Source: Tubulanus polymorphus (lineage: Eukaryota > Animalia > Nemertea). Taken from it: 64,000 nt of DNA. The notes under the pieces were generated by a model that made no database searches, was not told the origin of the DNA, and saw only the letters and a program-made list of their open reading frames with translations. Location: positions 24,762,560 to 24,826,559 of the forward strand of contig NC_134027.1 of the NCBI RefSeq assembly GCF_964204645.1, read 5' to 3'. The position numbers and the translations under genes were made by a program. Shown here one piece after another: positions 51,227-64,000 of this stretch (position 1 is its first letter; every line of letters begins with the position of its first letter).

Positions 51227-51765
51227 TTAACATTCACACACAATAATTAGGAAATGACCCATTGGGCGAAGGACCCGTTTAGCACATGATTAGCCGGGTT
51301 CATATGATCGCGGCTTTCCTGTAGACTAATGTCTATTTATTAATTGATGAGACCTGTTTTTCTGGGATATTTTGCTTACTTTTTGGGGTACATACCTCAT
51401 TTATGTCTTAACAGAATGCCAAAAATCGTGGACAACAACTGAATATCCGATATATTTCCAGTTTTGTACCAATTAGATGGATTGGCAAAAAGACTCCTTA
51501 AGTCCAGTTGAATGAGAGAGAAAATCCTCCATTTTGTCAAATTTCTTGGATTTGAACATTGTTACCATGCCTACGCCACCCTGATTTAGTTGTTGAGACC
51601 CCACAAGAAAAATAACTTCATTTCGTAGGCATGGTGACAATGTTAAAATTCAAGAAATTTAAGGCAAAGACCCATTGGGCGAAGGACCCGTTTAACACCA
51701 GTTAGAATGATTAGCCGGGTTCATATTATCGCCGATAAGATTATGATGTTAAAACATTTTTTTAC

Positions 51766-51864
51766 CCGATTTATTGATGACGTGTTCGTAGATGCAGCGT
51801 TCTCCTTTCCAACAACCTGATCGCGTATTGTAAAACTTGCAGACGCGCTTCTCATCTTGCGGAT
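51766..51864 (-). CDS. CCCH-zinc-finger/Tudor protein (Krimper-like TDRD): CCCH exon
   Basis: Acceptor TTTTTAG| and donor G|GTAAAA. Reads PQDEKRVCKFYNTRSGCWKGERCIYEHVINKS, a C-x8-C-x5-C-x3-H finger. Phase 1 at both ends; joins the 44050 exon in frame. Confidence 0.85.
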
Positions 51865-52059
51865 CTAAAAATATAATCAAAACGAATAATTAAACAATTG
51901 AAGGAACGACGACTATTGAAATGTTATCTCCGTTGAGAGAGAGAGAGAGAGAGAGTCATTTTCGAACAACGAATAGAAACTACCGATTTAGACAGCATAT
52001 GAAAATATGAGATGTTAGGCATTTGAAAAAATAGAAATTCCAGTGAAATTGCAGACTGA

Positions 52060-52465
52060 ACTCAAATGAGTTTAGACTGGTCTGAAATTGTCAAGTTGGC
52101 TATAGAATCAAAATGAGCTTAGACTGGTTTTAAGTTGTTAGAAAATAAGCTCACACTGGTCTTAAGTTGTTAGATTGGCTATAGAACCAAAATGAGCTCA
52201 CACTGGTCTTAAGTTGTTAGATTGGCTATAGAACCATAATGAGCTCACACTGGTCTTAAGTTGTCAGATTGGCTATAGAATCAAAATGAGCTTAGACTGG
52301 TTTTAAGTTGTTAGAAAATAAGCTCACACTGGTCTTAAGTTGTTAGATTGGCTATAGAACCAAAATGAGCTCACACTGGTCTTAAGTTGTTAGATTGGTT
52401 ATAGAACCAAAATGATCTTAGCCTGGTCTTAAGTAGTTAGATTGGTTATAATACCAAATGAGCTT
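52060..52465 (+). repeat. 47-bp minisatellite, family B
   Basis: Same unit, ~9 copies; two more at ~53110-53210. Confidence 0.85.
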
Positions 52466-53211
52466 TTGGTAGCAACTGGCACCCTGATCGAATTTCAAGG
52501 TTCTAAAATGTTTCTTTAAAAAGATTTCACGGTAATGCTCGTTTGAGGCTTAATTGATAATGATGTCATTGGGGGAACTTCATCGAGTGCATCCATGTGT
52601 TTTTAAGCCTATCGCCGAAACCTTTTTGCGAACGGCAAACATTCTTGTCGCGGTAAAAGCTATTTCTATTCATAACAACGTGTCAGTTACAGGAAATCCC
52701 GATTCACGACGCTAGATCCTAATCAACATTCCCGGAAGCTTAGCGAGATTGAGTTTTAATTTCGACGTTCATAAAATTCAGGCTGTAGGGCGGCGATACG
52801 TTTTTCGCTACACGCGTTAAGTAATAATACACTATTTACACGTGTATCTACGTGTGATACTTAACTCCACAAATAGTAACAATAAAATACAGTATTTTGC
52901 AGTCGTAATCGGCGTCAAGTGTCAACTTTTACATTATTTTATGGCGAAATTGCCACCGAATTTACTGGGTAGCGATTATCAATGAAACGACCGCACCCTT
53001 TTCCCTGTGTGTGTGTGTGACATCACTAATTTCCTTGGCGATATCCGACCACTAGCATTTTGATTTTTAAATTAAGACAATTTAGATCAAAAAATGGTCT
53101 GAAATCTCAACACTAGTCTAAAGTTGTTAGATTAGCTATAGAATCAAAATGAGCTTAGAGTGATCTTAAGTTGTTAAATTGAATATAGGAACTAAATGAG
53201 CTTAGACTGAT

Positions 53212-53575
53212 CTGCGTCAGTAAGTTCATCAGTCTACCTGAGTCAGTAAGTCCATCAGTCTACCTGGGTCAGTAAGTCCATCAGTCTACCTGGGTCAGTA
53301 AGTCTGTCAGTCTACCTGCGTCAGTAAGTCCATCAGTCTACCTGCGTCAGTATGTCCATCAGTCTACCTGGGTCAGTAAGTCCATCAGTCTACCTGCATC
53401 AGTAAGTCCATCAGTCTACCTGGGTCAGTAAGTCCATCAGTCTACCTGGGTCAGTAAGTCCATCAGTCTACCTGCGTCAGTAAGTCCATCAGTCTACCTG
53501 GGTCAGTAAGTCCATCAGTCTACCTGGGTCAGTAAGTCCATCAGTCTACCTGGGTCAGTAAGTCTGTCAGTCCAT
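53212..53575. repeat. 26-bp minisatellite, ~14 copies
   Basis: Unit GTCAGTAAGTCCATCAGTCTACCTGG. Confidence 0.95.
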
Positions 53576-54279
53576 CGGTCTGTATACATAAGTCTGATGA
53601 TCAATATCCGTATATCCGACAGACTATATACACAAGTCCTTCAGTGTATATCCATAAGTCAGTGGGTCTATATCCAAAAGGCTGACAGGCGACTATATCC
53701 AGAAATCAGAGCGTTGTTGAGTGAGAGTTATTTTCTTCAGAAACTACCCTCGCGTACGAACAGGAAATCGACCGGGAATTCGAGAAGTTTGAATGATTAT
53801 TGGGCGTCAATCTCCCTGCAGTGTTTATTTGAAGGGGACTCTTCGAGCGGTTCATCGCGCCGTGAAATCCAATATTAGCTTCAATTCGTATCGGATAATT
53901 CCCTCAGCAGCCGTTCGCTCGGTGCCGCTATTGGTGTCTCTGTTTACTGTCGGTTTCGTTTGTTTTCTTTTTGCTCCATCGATTTCGTCCCCAATTACGG
54001 CGACAACCGTCGTCAAACCTCCGGCCGTAAATCAATTCAAAAAGCCGCCGATAATTATCAACAAGTGGGTAGAGGTAGAATCTGCATCGTCAAAGACATT
54101 CAAAGGGCTGCCGACCCCAGAAGAATCGAAGTGCTATCCGGTTACGAGTCAACAATTATCAGTTTCATAACGTATATGAATTGAATACTCATTGAAAGGC
54201 GAAAAACATTAAGTAATACGTTTCACATTTCACTTAATACCGAGAACATGTTACAGAACCTGCCTGGTAATGGTTTACA

Positions 54280-54895
54280 TGGATGGAAGAAGTTTAACAG
54301 CCAGTTAAGGGGATTGAAAGGGTTAACCCACCAGGTAACAGGGTATGTGGGATAGAACGGGTTAAACAGCCAGGCAGGGGGTGTGCAGGATGGAAAGGAT
54401 AAGAGAACGCATGTAGGATGGGAACCATTAAAGGAGTGTGTAAGATGGAAAGGGTTAAAGGAGCATGTGGATGAAAATGGTTAAAGGAGTGTGTGGATGG
54501 AAAGGGTTAAAGGAGCGTGTAGGATGGAAAGGGTTAAAGGAGCATGTCGATGAAAATGGTTAAAGGAGTGTGTGGATGGAAAGGGTTAAAGGAGCGTGTA
54601 GGATGGAAAGGGTTAAAGGAGCGTGTAGGATGGAAAGGGTTAAAGGAGCGTGTAGGATGGAAAGGGTTAAAGGAGCGTGTGGATGGAAAGGGTTAAAGGA
54701 GCATGAAGGATGATAAGGGTTAAACAAACCGGGTAAGGAGTGTATGGATGGAAAGGGTTAAAGGAGCGTGTAGGACTAAATGGGTTAACCAGACAAGTGA
54801 GGAGCCGGTGGGTTGGAAAGAGCCGAGTAAGGAGCAGGTAGGAGTGAAAGGGTTAAATAGCCAGGTGAGGCGCGTGAATGATGTTAAGGGTTAAA
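54280..54895. repeat. 27-bp purine-rich minisatellite with degenerate flanks
   Basis: Unit GGATGGAAAGGGTTAAAGGAGCGTGTA. Confidence 0.88.
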
Positions 54896-56702
54896 CTGTG
54901 AACTATCTTTTTTTAGAGAATCTGCACCAGTAAAAGGACCGTGTGGATTTTAGCACCTGCGCGCGCGCTGTAAAAGCCCAACTAAAAATCATCTCGCGTG
55001 AAGTGTTTATATGCGGCAGGAAACTCGATGAATCTTAAATATGACAAGCAAAAAACCCGAGCCGCGATGAAAATTGGCAATTCACGAACACGGTTTTACT
55101 GATGACGAATATTTCCAGCGCGAATCGAAACTGATAAAGACACGTCGTCCCGAAATTGAAAACCTAGTCGTGGGCTCGATTCTAAATTAATTTAACCTTA
55201 TACCGTCAATGGTTCAACCATCTATACCGGTGCAGCCTAGCCTGTTTACCCAGCAGGCATAAACCTCGAAACAAGAACCGATTTTTGCGATGAATTGGCC
55301 CCGATCAGACCCGAATTAAATTAGGCCCGCGCCTAATTAGAGAGCGCGTTCACACATAAACCACTCACTGAGTGAGACACATCCCGAACCAGTTGCAATT
55401 CACATGCAACAACTTGTGCTCAAATTTGGCTCGGGTCTGGAACAACGTTTTTGGTAGGGTCCAATAGGCACGGGCCTATTTGGCACCTGTGCGAACAGTT
55501 GTTCCGGGCATAATTTGGCACGGGCCATAAACGCTCGCGTGATCGCGGCTACGATCTCATTTTACTAAAGTACATAAAACTGGCCACGTCACGAGATCAA
55601 TTAAGAATGTGATGATAACCAATTCACGCTGTGATAATTTAGAGCAGTAATAATATCACCACCACCACCACCACCGCCACGGGTCTGTGGGTGTTATTAT
55701 GAAATGGCTATAATTAGTAACTCTGACATCATCGCGCATACCCATTATAACCACCGTTTGATAGAAGTGAATCAACAATTGATCATATATTAGCTGTGAT
55801 ATCACACATGCTTTTTGGCTCTCGCCTGTTTGGCTCCGGCCAAAAATGTTGGACCGGGCCCCAAGCCAAATTTTAGCACGGGTCAAATTATCGCGTTTGA
55901 ATTACAACTAGTTCCGGAAGCGACCCACTTGTTTTAAACATTGTTTAGTATCGAGTGAGTCGTTTATGCGTGAACGCGCGCTCTCTAATTAGACTAGGGC
56001 CAAATTTGACTCGGGGCCTGATCCGTGCCAATTTGGCCCTTTGGAAATCATCCCCGTGTGATCACGTTACAGGGTTTTAACTAAGCCTCATCATCAGAGA
56101 AATGACAAAAAAATCTATTCAAACATCGTCAATTGTGGATTCGTCTATCGACGTTGAAATAACTGAGATGATACTAGTCTACCGGTTACGAACCAGCGTT
56201 TCTTGTTTCGGAGCAACACGTGAAACAATCCGCCGGAACATCGTTTCTGTTTCATACCGATTTCATACCCCAAACGTGCTAGCTAGGTTTCAGTAAGAGG
56301 GCCCGCTCCGTAGGCGTAATCATTTGAACGCGGTTTGACGTTGCTCTAGCGCAACAACAACAGGTCAAACACGATGAGTTATAGTGAACAGTGAATGCAG
56401 GTGTGAGTAACGTCCATTTGTAATGACGTTTTATTAATTAATGCGAACGACACCCATTAACGCATGTTATAAATGGTAAATCGCGCGTATTAATATCCGG
56501 TCCAGATTTGATTTAACGCCCGACGATAACAATATCGAACACGATATCGAAGTTGATACGCTATTATCATACACGGTAAACCTCGTCAAACTCGGGCGGG
56601 CAAAATTGGGAGTTAAGGGTAGAACAATGAGTCGGGGAAAACGTTACGATGATTTTGCAGTTGGTCACGAATTAGTCGAGCTTCACTCTTCAAAAACTGT
56701 CC

Positions 56703-56880
56703 TGTCTCCATGGCTTCTGTGGATGAGGTGTTTGACTCACGACCGCGAGGTTGTGGGTTGGAATCCCGGTTAAACCGTGCTATCCGGGCAGGACATATTT
56801 GCCGACTGACTCTGACCTAACGACGAAGGTCGTTCAGTTCCGAGAATCTTCAATACGATGAAGGAATAGAACTTAATCAA
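56703..56880 (+). mobile_element. Degraded tRNA-derived SINE
   Basis: TGGCTTCTGTGG followed by GGTTGTGGGTTGGAATCCC (A- and B-box-like). Confidence 0.45.
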
Positions 56881-59399
56881 AGGAAGATGACAAACTTGCT
56901 GAAGTCATCTCTATCATCGGCTACTGGTTTGTATTTTCAATTCTATTTACTAGATATTAGTCATCATTTGGGACGTCATGAGGGTCCTCACTACGGCCAG
57001 TCTCCGCCAATTCACAAATTCCCTCCACACGTAGACGATATGGCCGGTCTTAACTATGGAAGAAGCGCCAGAAACGTACGTGCAGGTCGTGAAGTTTTAT
57101 ATTGTACGAGTTCAAATACCCATTCCAATCAATGAACTACCAACTCACTCGATCGATGACAACCAAAGCACAATTATTTCTTCATTCTTTTCATTAGCGT
57201 TTCTCTCTCTCTCTCTCTCTCGTGCTCTCCAGGGCGCGTAGCCGCGATCCATTCTCGATTTTCCGATATTTTCTATTTTTTGTCCGTCGAGGTGAAAAAA
57301 CACGACGACGACGTCTACGCTCGTGAATAAAATAATCGTAATTGATTCGCGTCGGTTTGGACAAATATTACAACATCGAAACCATTTAGGAATAATACCC
57401 GAACTGTCACGCGTTGTCACGGAGGACTTCGAAAGATTTAAGGTATTAGCACTTGGAAATAATTCAAACTGCGTGGCACGTAAAACGGTAAGTGGCGTTG
57501 GAAGAGCAGTGGTAAAGCCGCAGCCATAATTGACTGAATGACGTCTTTTTTCCCCGCTACGCTACGTTTTTGACGAAATCGAAGTAAATTCGCAATATTA
57601 GAACTTGCAAAAATCTTCTATGAATACAATACAATATACAATACAATACAATAAACTTTATTGCTCCTTAATGAACATAACATTATCGGATTGTTTACAA
57701 TAAAGATACAAACAGAAAGAAAATGTGATATGAAGGTACAAAAATAGTTACTAAACAATCAAAAATACAGAGAAATTATGGTATCATTTCGGTAGACCAA
57801 ACAATTTCAAATTCCTTATACAAAAACAGTCAGAAATAAACTGCTGAATATATGAATAATTGCTTCCGAACGCGCGCTCGACGATGAGGTTGACGTTAGA
57901 AACGAGAACCTCAGTGTCCGACGTTACCACAGGCGCCAACACACGAACGACTTTACTTTTAAATTACCGTGACTTTAGACCAACAGAAATCCAGTTTCAC
58001 CAAACCGATTGTGAAACATAAACTATCATTTCAAAACCTCACATATTCTTTTTTTGATCCTCATTATTTCCAATCAAAGGAACTTTGATCATGGTCAGCG
58101 CATAGTGATTTGAGTGTACGCCTCTGGGTGTGGGTGGTTTAGGTATATGAGTATTGCGTAGTTAACGCATACCCAACTCACTGCGGGTAAAGGTAAACGC
58201 AATAACCATAGAAGATGACCTTTACGATTGTGATTCTTAGTAGCGCCACAGAATAAGACAGAATTTCGCGGGCCTTCTTCGGGAAATCAATCTACGGAAA
58301 TGTAGGGATGGTTAACTGAAGAGCAAAGCATAACTCCCGAATTGGACTAAGACGGCGATATAAACAGTGAAATAGAAGTGGGAGGCATGTAAAAAATGAA
58401 CCCCGGAGAGATATGAGGAAGCTAACATCGACGCCATCGGAGACTGGGAATAGGCGCTGAAAAGCCTGACGTTAAGAATATGTATCAACCAAACGACGTC
58501 AACGCCAAGTGAAACATCGAGTGACTGTCTGATTTTAGAGTTCTAATGCTGCCATCGACACCCCGGTGAAATCCGGGAAACTTACAAGTGCGCAAAAGTG
58601 CATATAGAAAGGGCAGCGATATTCTTTCAACAAGAGAAAAATATTTCACAGATACTTTTAGACACAACCATACATAAACAAGAGACGAAATACGACTTTT
58701 ATGGCAGCACCAATAAAAACGACAATATCAGACAGCAAACAAGTTTCATCTTTGGTGAATTTAATGTCAAACGTTTTCTGGGTAAACACATACCCCCTCT
58801 TCATGACGAGTTACAAATGATGACCCAGTTCCACAGTTGCGAGTTAGAGTTAACTCAGAGTTAAAGTTAGTTCATTTTCCACAGTTGTGAGTTAGAGTTA
58901 ACTCAGAGTTAAAGTTAGTTCATTTTTGATGAGTTAATTCAGAGTCAAATCTTAACACCTAACCGTGGAACTGGAACATGGACACAGCAGGGTTGACCAC
59001 ACGAAAGACATTTCAAATGAATGAGGATCCATTCTGAAACAGTCATAAGTATAAAGTCCCTTATAATGCCACGGTTGGGACGATTGGTAACATAGCGTTA
59101 TAATGAAATTGGCAGTGTCGTAAAGAACGGCATTTTCGAATTTCCAAATATGTACTTCGATCTAATTTTTAAAAGAATTCTGTTAACTTGACCGCCGATC
59201 ACACAACTATATTTGTACTTCGATTGCCGATTTCAAAATCAAACCCCCTGTTTCGCTCCCGGCAGGTGTGGTGGGTCTGTACGGGACACTCAATCAAAAA
59301 ATCAAACGAAATTTACCAGCCAAATAAATAACAGGGAAATTCCCTATTTTAAGATCAAAAGAATGGCATTTTCATTGAATTTGAGTTAGATTGGGCGAA

Positions 59400-59545
59400 T
59401 TTTCTCTCAGAAAATGTTGGCGTTAAGCGAGCAGTGGAATTAAAAATAACGGCGCTACGACGGACTTTGACTGCAATCCAGATTCTCGGAGCGTAATTCG
59501 AAAATGCTTTGCCGCCGAAGGTATCCAAGACGTAGCCCAGTTCAT
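59400..59545 (-). mobile_element. LINE ORF2 C-terminal fragment (L2/CR1 group)
   Basis: Minus translation LDTFGGKAFSNYAPRIW. Confidence 0.55.
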
Positions 59546-60362
59546 TTAGGCCGATGATACGATTCCCGTACCCCAATCGTCGATAAGGCTTAACAAAAAT
59601 GATACCTTGTTTCTCCGCAGCAGCAAGGACAATTTTTGTAAAATATAACAAAATTTATAATCAGTTCATTTCTATAACTGCTGGGTCTGTTACGGTAAAA
59701 TTGATGACGATTTTGATAAAAGGAATGTACAGGGTAGATAGGAGATTGGCGGCTGGCCGGGTCAACTTTAAAGCTAAGCAGAGCTGAGAAACAAGGTATC
59801 GATTTTTTCAGCCTAAGTCTTTCTTTTTCCCCGATCTCGTCAACGTCGTCGGATTATGGTAGTTTCTAATCGCTTTCATCGGCAACAACGAGACCCGAAC
59901 GAACGAACGACCGACCGAATATTGAAACAGATTCCGTTTCGCTAATTGAAGCGTTGATTAGAGACTGTAAGAGGATTAGTCGCCCGACTTTACGAATACA
60001 ATACGTATTTAGCGAGGGTTTTTTTCTCGTAGGCATCAGCAGGGAAACGTAGATTCATCGGCGCCGGCGCAAGAATTAAAACTGTCGCTTAATTCTAATA
60101 AAGAAACCGACCGACCGTGTTGTTTTTGCGTAACTCTTGTTTCTTGTTTTTCTTGTTTCATGTTTTTGATAGTATAATTTACAGCTTCATGTAAAACTTG
60201 CGGAATCAATCCAGTCCAACAGGGTGGCCACATTTATTTGACTTGCTTTATATTTTCTCTGACTGATCATTCCGAGACATGTACAATGTTTTTCTCTTAT
60301 CTACGTATGTCGATTTAGAATTGTCTCAAGCCGAAAAATTCTGATCGACAACGATGAACTAT

Positions 60363-60613
60363 CGGGGTGGCCACTTTTATTCGACTTGCTTTGCCCCAGA
60401 AATTGCTCCGACTATTTCCTGACACGCGCGTTGTTTTCACTGACTAGATCGTCTGCTAAGAATCAAATCAATTAACACAATCAAATACGTAAGACACAAA
60501 CAGAGTGTTTGATTTTACGCGCGATCTAGCAAAAAATTTCCACGACTTTCCCCAGATTTTTGGCTCTTTTAAAAAAGTTGACTTTCCCTGATTTCCGATA
60601 AGTGGCCACCCAG
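60363..60613. mobile_element. MITE with GGGTGGCCAC termini, possibly hAT-type
   Basis: GGGTGGCCACTT...AAGTGGCCACCC. Related copies at ~14010-14240 and ~50630-50900. No clean TSD seen. Confidence 0.55.
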
Positions 60614-61311
60614 TCCAAGTTAAAGCTTGTCCGCTTATCCTAATTACCTGTTCTGCAATTTATGGATGCGGTCCTCTGCTGCGTTGTGCGCGCAGTCATG
60701 AAACAAGGAAAAAGCCGTGTTCGCACTACATTATCTAGAATGCGAATTGGTCCCGATTTTTTTTTTGAATGGAAAAGAAAATCTAAATTAACCAAAAAAA
60801 ATCAATCTGGGTGTATATTTCAAAACTGCATTGTTCGGTTTGTAAATAGAAACTTTAATTGCCTGTCAATCACAGTGTCGCTCGCATGTAGCTGAACTAG
60901 CAGAACCGCTGATCTAAAAAAACGTATGGGAATATGCAGCACTCGTTTGGTCAGTTATGAATTGGTCCGCTCCAGGTACGGGTCAAATTAGAACAAACTC
61001 ACTCAGCGAACATGGATCCGAAGGCTAGAACGCTGCTTTGAGTACAACAAGCGAGGATGGACGAATGGACTATGAGTTAATTTCGTGCGATTAACACACG
61101 ATATGTTTGCGCAGTTTTAAGCCATTAACGGACACGACGTACTGTCATCAGCCGTGAGACCAATGAGAGCAGTGAGACCAGTGAGAGTACTAAACGACAG
61201 ATTCTACTGAACAATTCGATCGCCCTTAACACTCAACCAACAATAACTGATTGCCAGCGTCTGTATGGAAGCACATGTAGCATTAATGTTTATATAAAAA
61301 TGGCAGCAGAG

Positions 61312-61650
61312 ACTGTTTACTGACTGGGTTCTCTTACACGGTGGCTGTTTACTGACTGGGCTCTCTTACAGTCTGGGGCCGTTTATTGACAGGGTTCTCT
61401 ATTGCAGGGCCGTTTATTGACAGGGTTCTCTATTGCAGGGCCGTTTATTGACAGGGTTCTCTATTGCAGGGCCGTTTATTGACAGGGTTCTCTATTGCAG
61501 GGCTGTTTATTGCCAGGGTTCTCTGCTGCAGTGCTGTTTATTGACAGGGTTCTCTACTGCAGGGCTGTTTATTGCCAGGGTTCTCTGCTCCAGGGCTGTT
61601 CATTGACAGGGTTCTCTGCTGCAGGGCTGTTTATCGACAGGGTTCTCTAC
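61312..61650. repeat. 31-bp minisatellite, ~11 copies
   Basis: Unit GTTTATTGACAGGGTTCTCTATTGCAGGGCC. Confidence 0.92.
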
Positions 61651-62536
61651 CGGTTCTCTATACCCATGAGTAATGGTATTATACACGCACAATAGTAATA
61701 GTTAATTTGCGCCGATATTTGTGCGCTATTGATGCCATTAGCGAAATTTCAATAGCATTGAAATAAGATTGTTACGGAGGAAGTGCAATAAGTGATTCAT
61801 TAATAGTTAACGCGAATTATCGGTGTTTTGAAAATAAATATTCTACAAGCTCCGGTGCTAGGTATGAAATTATAAAACCTCTTATACACAGTATACATAT
61901 CGATAGATCGTAAGGACCAGGCAAAGGCGGAAAAGTTGAAAATATTGTTCCGTTTGAAAAGAAATCCCGAGTTGATATTCGAGCTTAGAGCTTACATCCG
62001 AGAGGTTTCAAATTATGCCCCTTTTCTTGGAGGGTATATTATTGATGTTTTAATGGGTATAGTAAAACCAATAGAACGATCAATAAGTTCTCTATGCTAG
62101 CACTACAGCGTTAGCCCGCTCGAATACCAATATTTGTGGCACTAATTTCGTCCAGGGATTGAAAAGAAATTTGCATATTAATTCGCATATCAATTTGCAT
62201 ATTGATGACAACAATTCGACCGTCCATTCACGGAGTAGGTCGGATGCGTGACGTGAATGCTGGAAGAACTTGTGAAAATTTGATGATTTGAATATCGAGT
62301 TAAATTCTAAATTGCTTTGGGTGATTGCAGCTAATAATGGTCAGAGTGTGGGGGGGGGGAGAAGTGGCTCAAAAATTGGATAAAAACTATAGTTAACAAC
62401 AAATTTTCAACTGACACTATGTCATCCACAGGTTAACTGCAACTTTTGAGCAGCCCCAGGATGTCAATGTCAGCTAGGTTGATTAGTTCACTCAAGACGG
62501 CTTAGTAAGGTAACAATTAACCCAACAGCACTAAAG

Positions 62537-62756
62537 TCGCCCGTATCCGCCCTGACTATTACTCCTCAAGCCGCCTGTATCCACCCTGACTATTACTCCT
62601 CAAGCCGCCCGTATCCACCCTGACTATGACTCCTCAAGCCGCCCGAATCCGCCCTGACTATTACTCCTCAAGCCGCCCGTATCCACCCTGACTATTACTC
62701 CTCAATCCGCCCGAATCCGCCCTGACTATTACTCCTCAAGCCGCCCGAATCCGCCC
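62537..62756. repeat. 34-bp minisatellite, ~6.5 copies
   Basis: Unit GCCGCCCGTATCCACCCTGACTATTACTCCTCAA. Confidence 0.92.
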
Positions 62757-64000
62757 CGGCACTTCTTCCATATGCTGCACAAAAACGGTTATAGTGGGAT
62801 TCGAACCCAACAGCTTATGATAAACTAGACATCTAAGTCCTCGAAAATACCGAACAGAAATCAACATCCTCCTATTTCAATTTCTCGAGTATTTCGAGTT
62901 CGAACATGACACATCTGAGCGCTCATTTCAAATCAAAGTAAATTTGGATGAATTTTGGGGGGGCCAAAAGGGCACGATTTTTGATGGCCCACCTCATCAA
63001 CTTGGATGAACTTGGATTTTACCTTGAATGCTTAAACAAAGCGAAGTGAGTCGCTTCCGGAACCGGTTGCAATTCAGACGAAATGATTTGACCGGTGCTG
63101 AAATTTGTGCTGAACTCTTTCTTTAAAAATTCACTTAAAAACAGACCGATGTCAACATTATTTCCATCCTCTGGATCAGACTTCCATGGATCACAAAAAA
63201 AAAAACAATCGAATTCTCAAACGACTGCGTTTTAAAAAATTCGTATTTTATTACATATATTTCGGACGTATGAGAAAAAAAAAAACGTTTCGAAAAAATG
63301 TTTCGATGCACATCAATTCAACCGATCAAATACATACGGTCGCGCGATAAAATTAAAACCCGCTACGTGTAGAAAATTTAAAAGATTAAGAATTCAAAAC
63401 GAAATCTGGAAAAAATATTCTAAATCTAAAAAAGCAATGCTTCTGATTCAATCTAGAGAACATCATTAGGCGTAAGAGGGGGGGGGGGGGGTTATATATG
63501 CGCAGTCCGACCCACGGAAAAGAACAGGAACTGAATTTCCCTTCGATATAAACGAAAAATTCTGTAAATTCGACCGCCGATCACTTTATCTGTACTATAT
63601 CTATAAAATAAATAACAGGGTCAATCCTCATTTTAGGAGCAAAAAAAACCTCGTATCATGATTTCTATGTAGGCTTTACATTATTTGTTTGTTTGTTTGG
63701 CTTTACGTCGTTTGGATCTTGGTTTCCCAAGACTAACCCTATTGGATTATTACCAAAAAATGTGCAGCAAAATTTTTTCCCTACCTATTTACACTAATTA
63801 ATTGTGGAAAAAATTTGACTGGAAGCAAACACACTGGCCAAGGTAATAATTAATTAGTTGTTGGTTATTTCTTCGTAGCTGATGACGGTCCCTTCAGAAG
63901 GAATGTCGTTTAACTTACGATCTTCGTTCTAAATATGGATCTAATTTTCATCTTTTGAATTTCTATTCATGCTGTCACCATCAATTCAATGGGGGAAATT

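Noticed and set aside
55095-55140. CTGATGA...GAAA hammerhead-like spacing
   Set aside because: Stem II does not pair and stem III is absent.
60648-60734. Phase-1/phase-1 exon candidate on - (NVVRTRLFPCFMTARTTQQRTASINCRT) that could splice to the CCCH exon
   Set aside because: Splice signals are only moderate and there is no Tudor-like sequence; cannot be supported without transcripts.

Overview
Eukaryotic genomic DNA from an invertebrate animal: short CpG-rich exons in long AT-rich introns full of MITEs, SINE/LINE fragments and minisatellites. The species cannot be fixed from the sequence. Two conserved genes converge. On +, APEX2 (AP endonuclease 2) has four exons from 1 to 21371, with its 5' end outside the window. 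On -, a CCCH-zinc-finger plus extended-Tudor gene of Krimper-like architecture has seven exons from 51864 to 37372, with its 5' part not located. The best find is missed by the ORF track: a complete three-exon gene nested on the same strand in the first visible APEX2 intron (TATA 2414, exons 2445-2475, 2903-2973, 3918-~4130). It encodes a 65-aa prepropeptide: signal peptide, short propeptide, KR site, then a cationic 35-aa six-cysteine peptide (CxC-x16-CC-x7-CC) that resembles anemone BDS/APETx-type defensin-fold toxins. The second highlight is a 3.6-kb non-coding foldback transposon (28245-31820) with perfect TIRs, a 6-bp TSD and IS3EU-like termini, built from 144-bp units dense in E2F-consensus hairpins. 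Apart from 20205-21371, the long ORFs in the track are repeat artefacts. All coordinates were read by hand; repeat boundaries and copy numbers are approximate.
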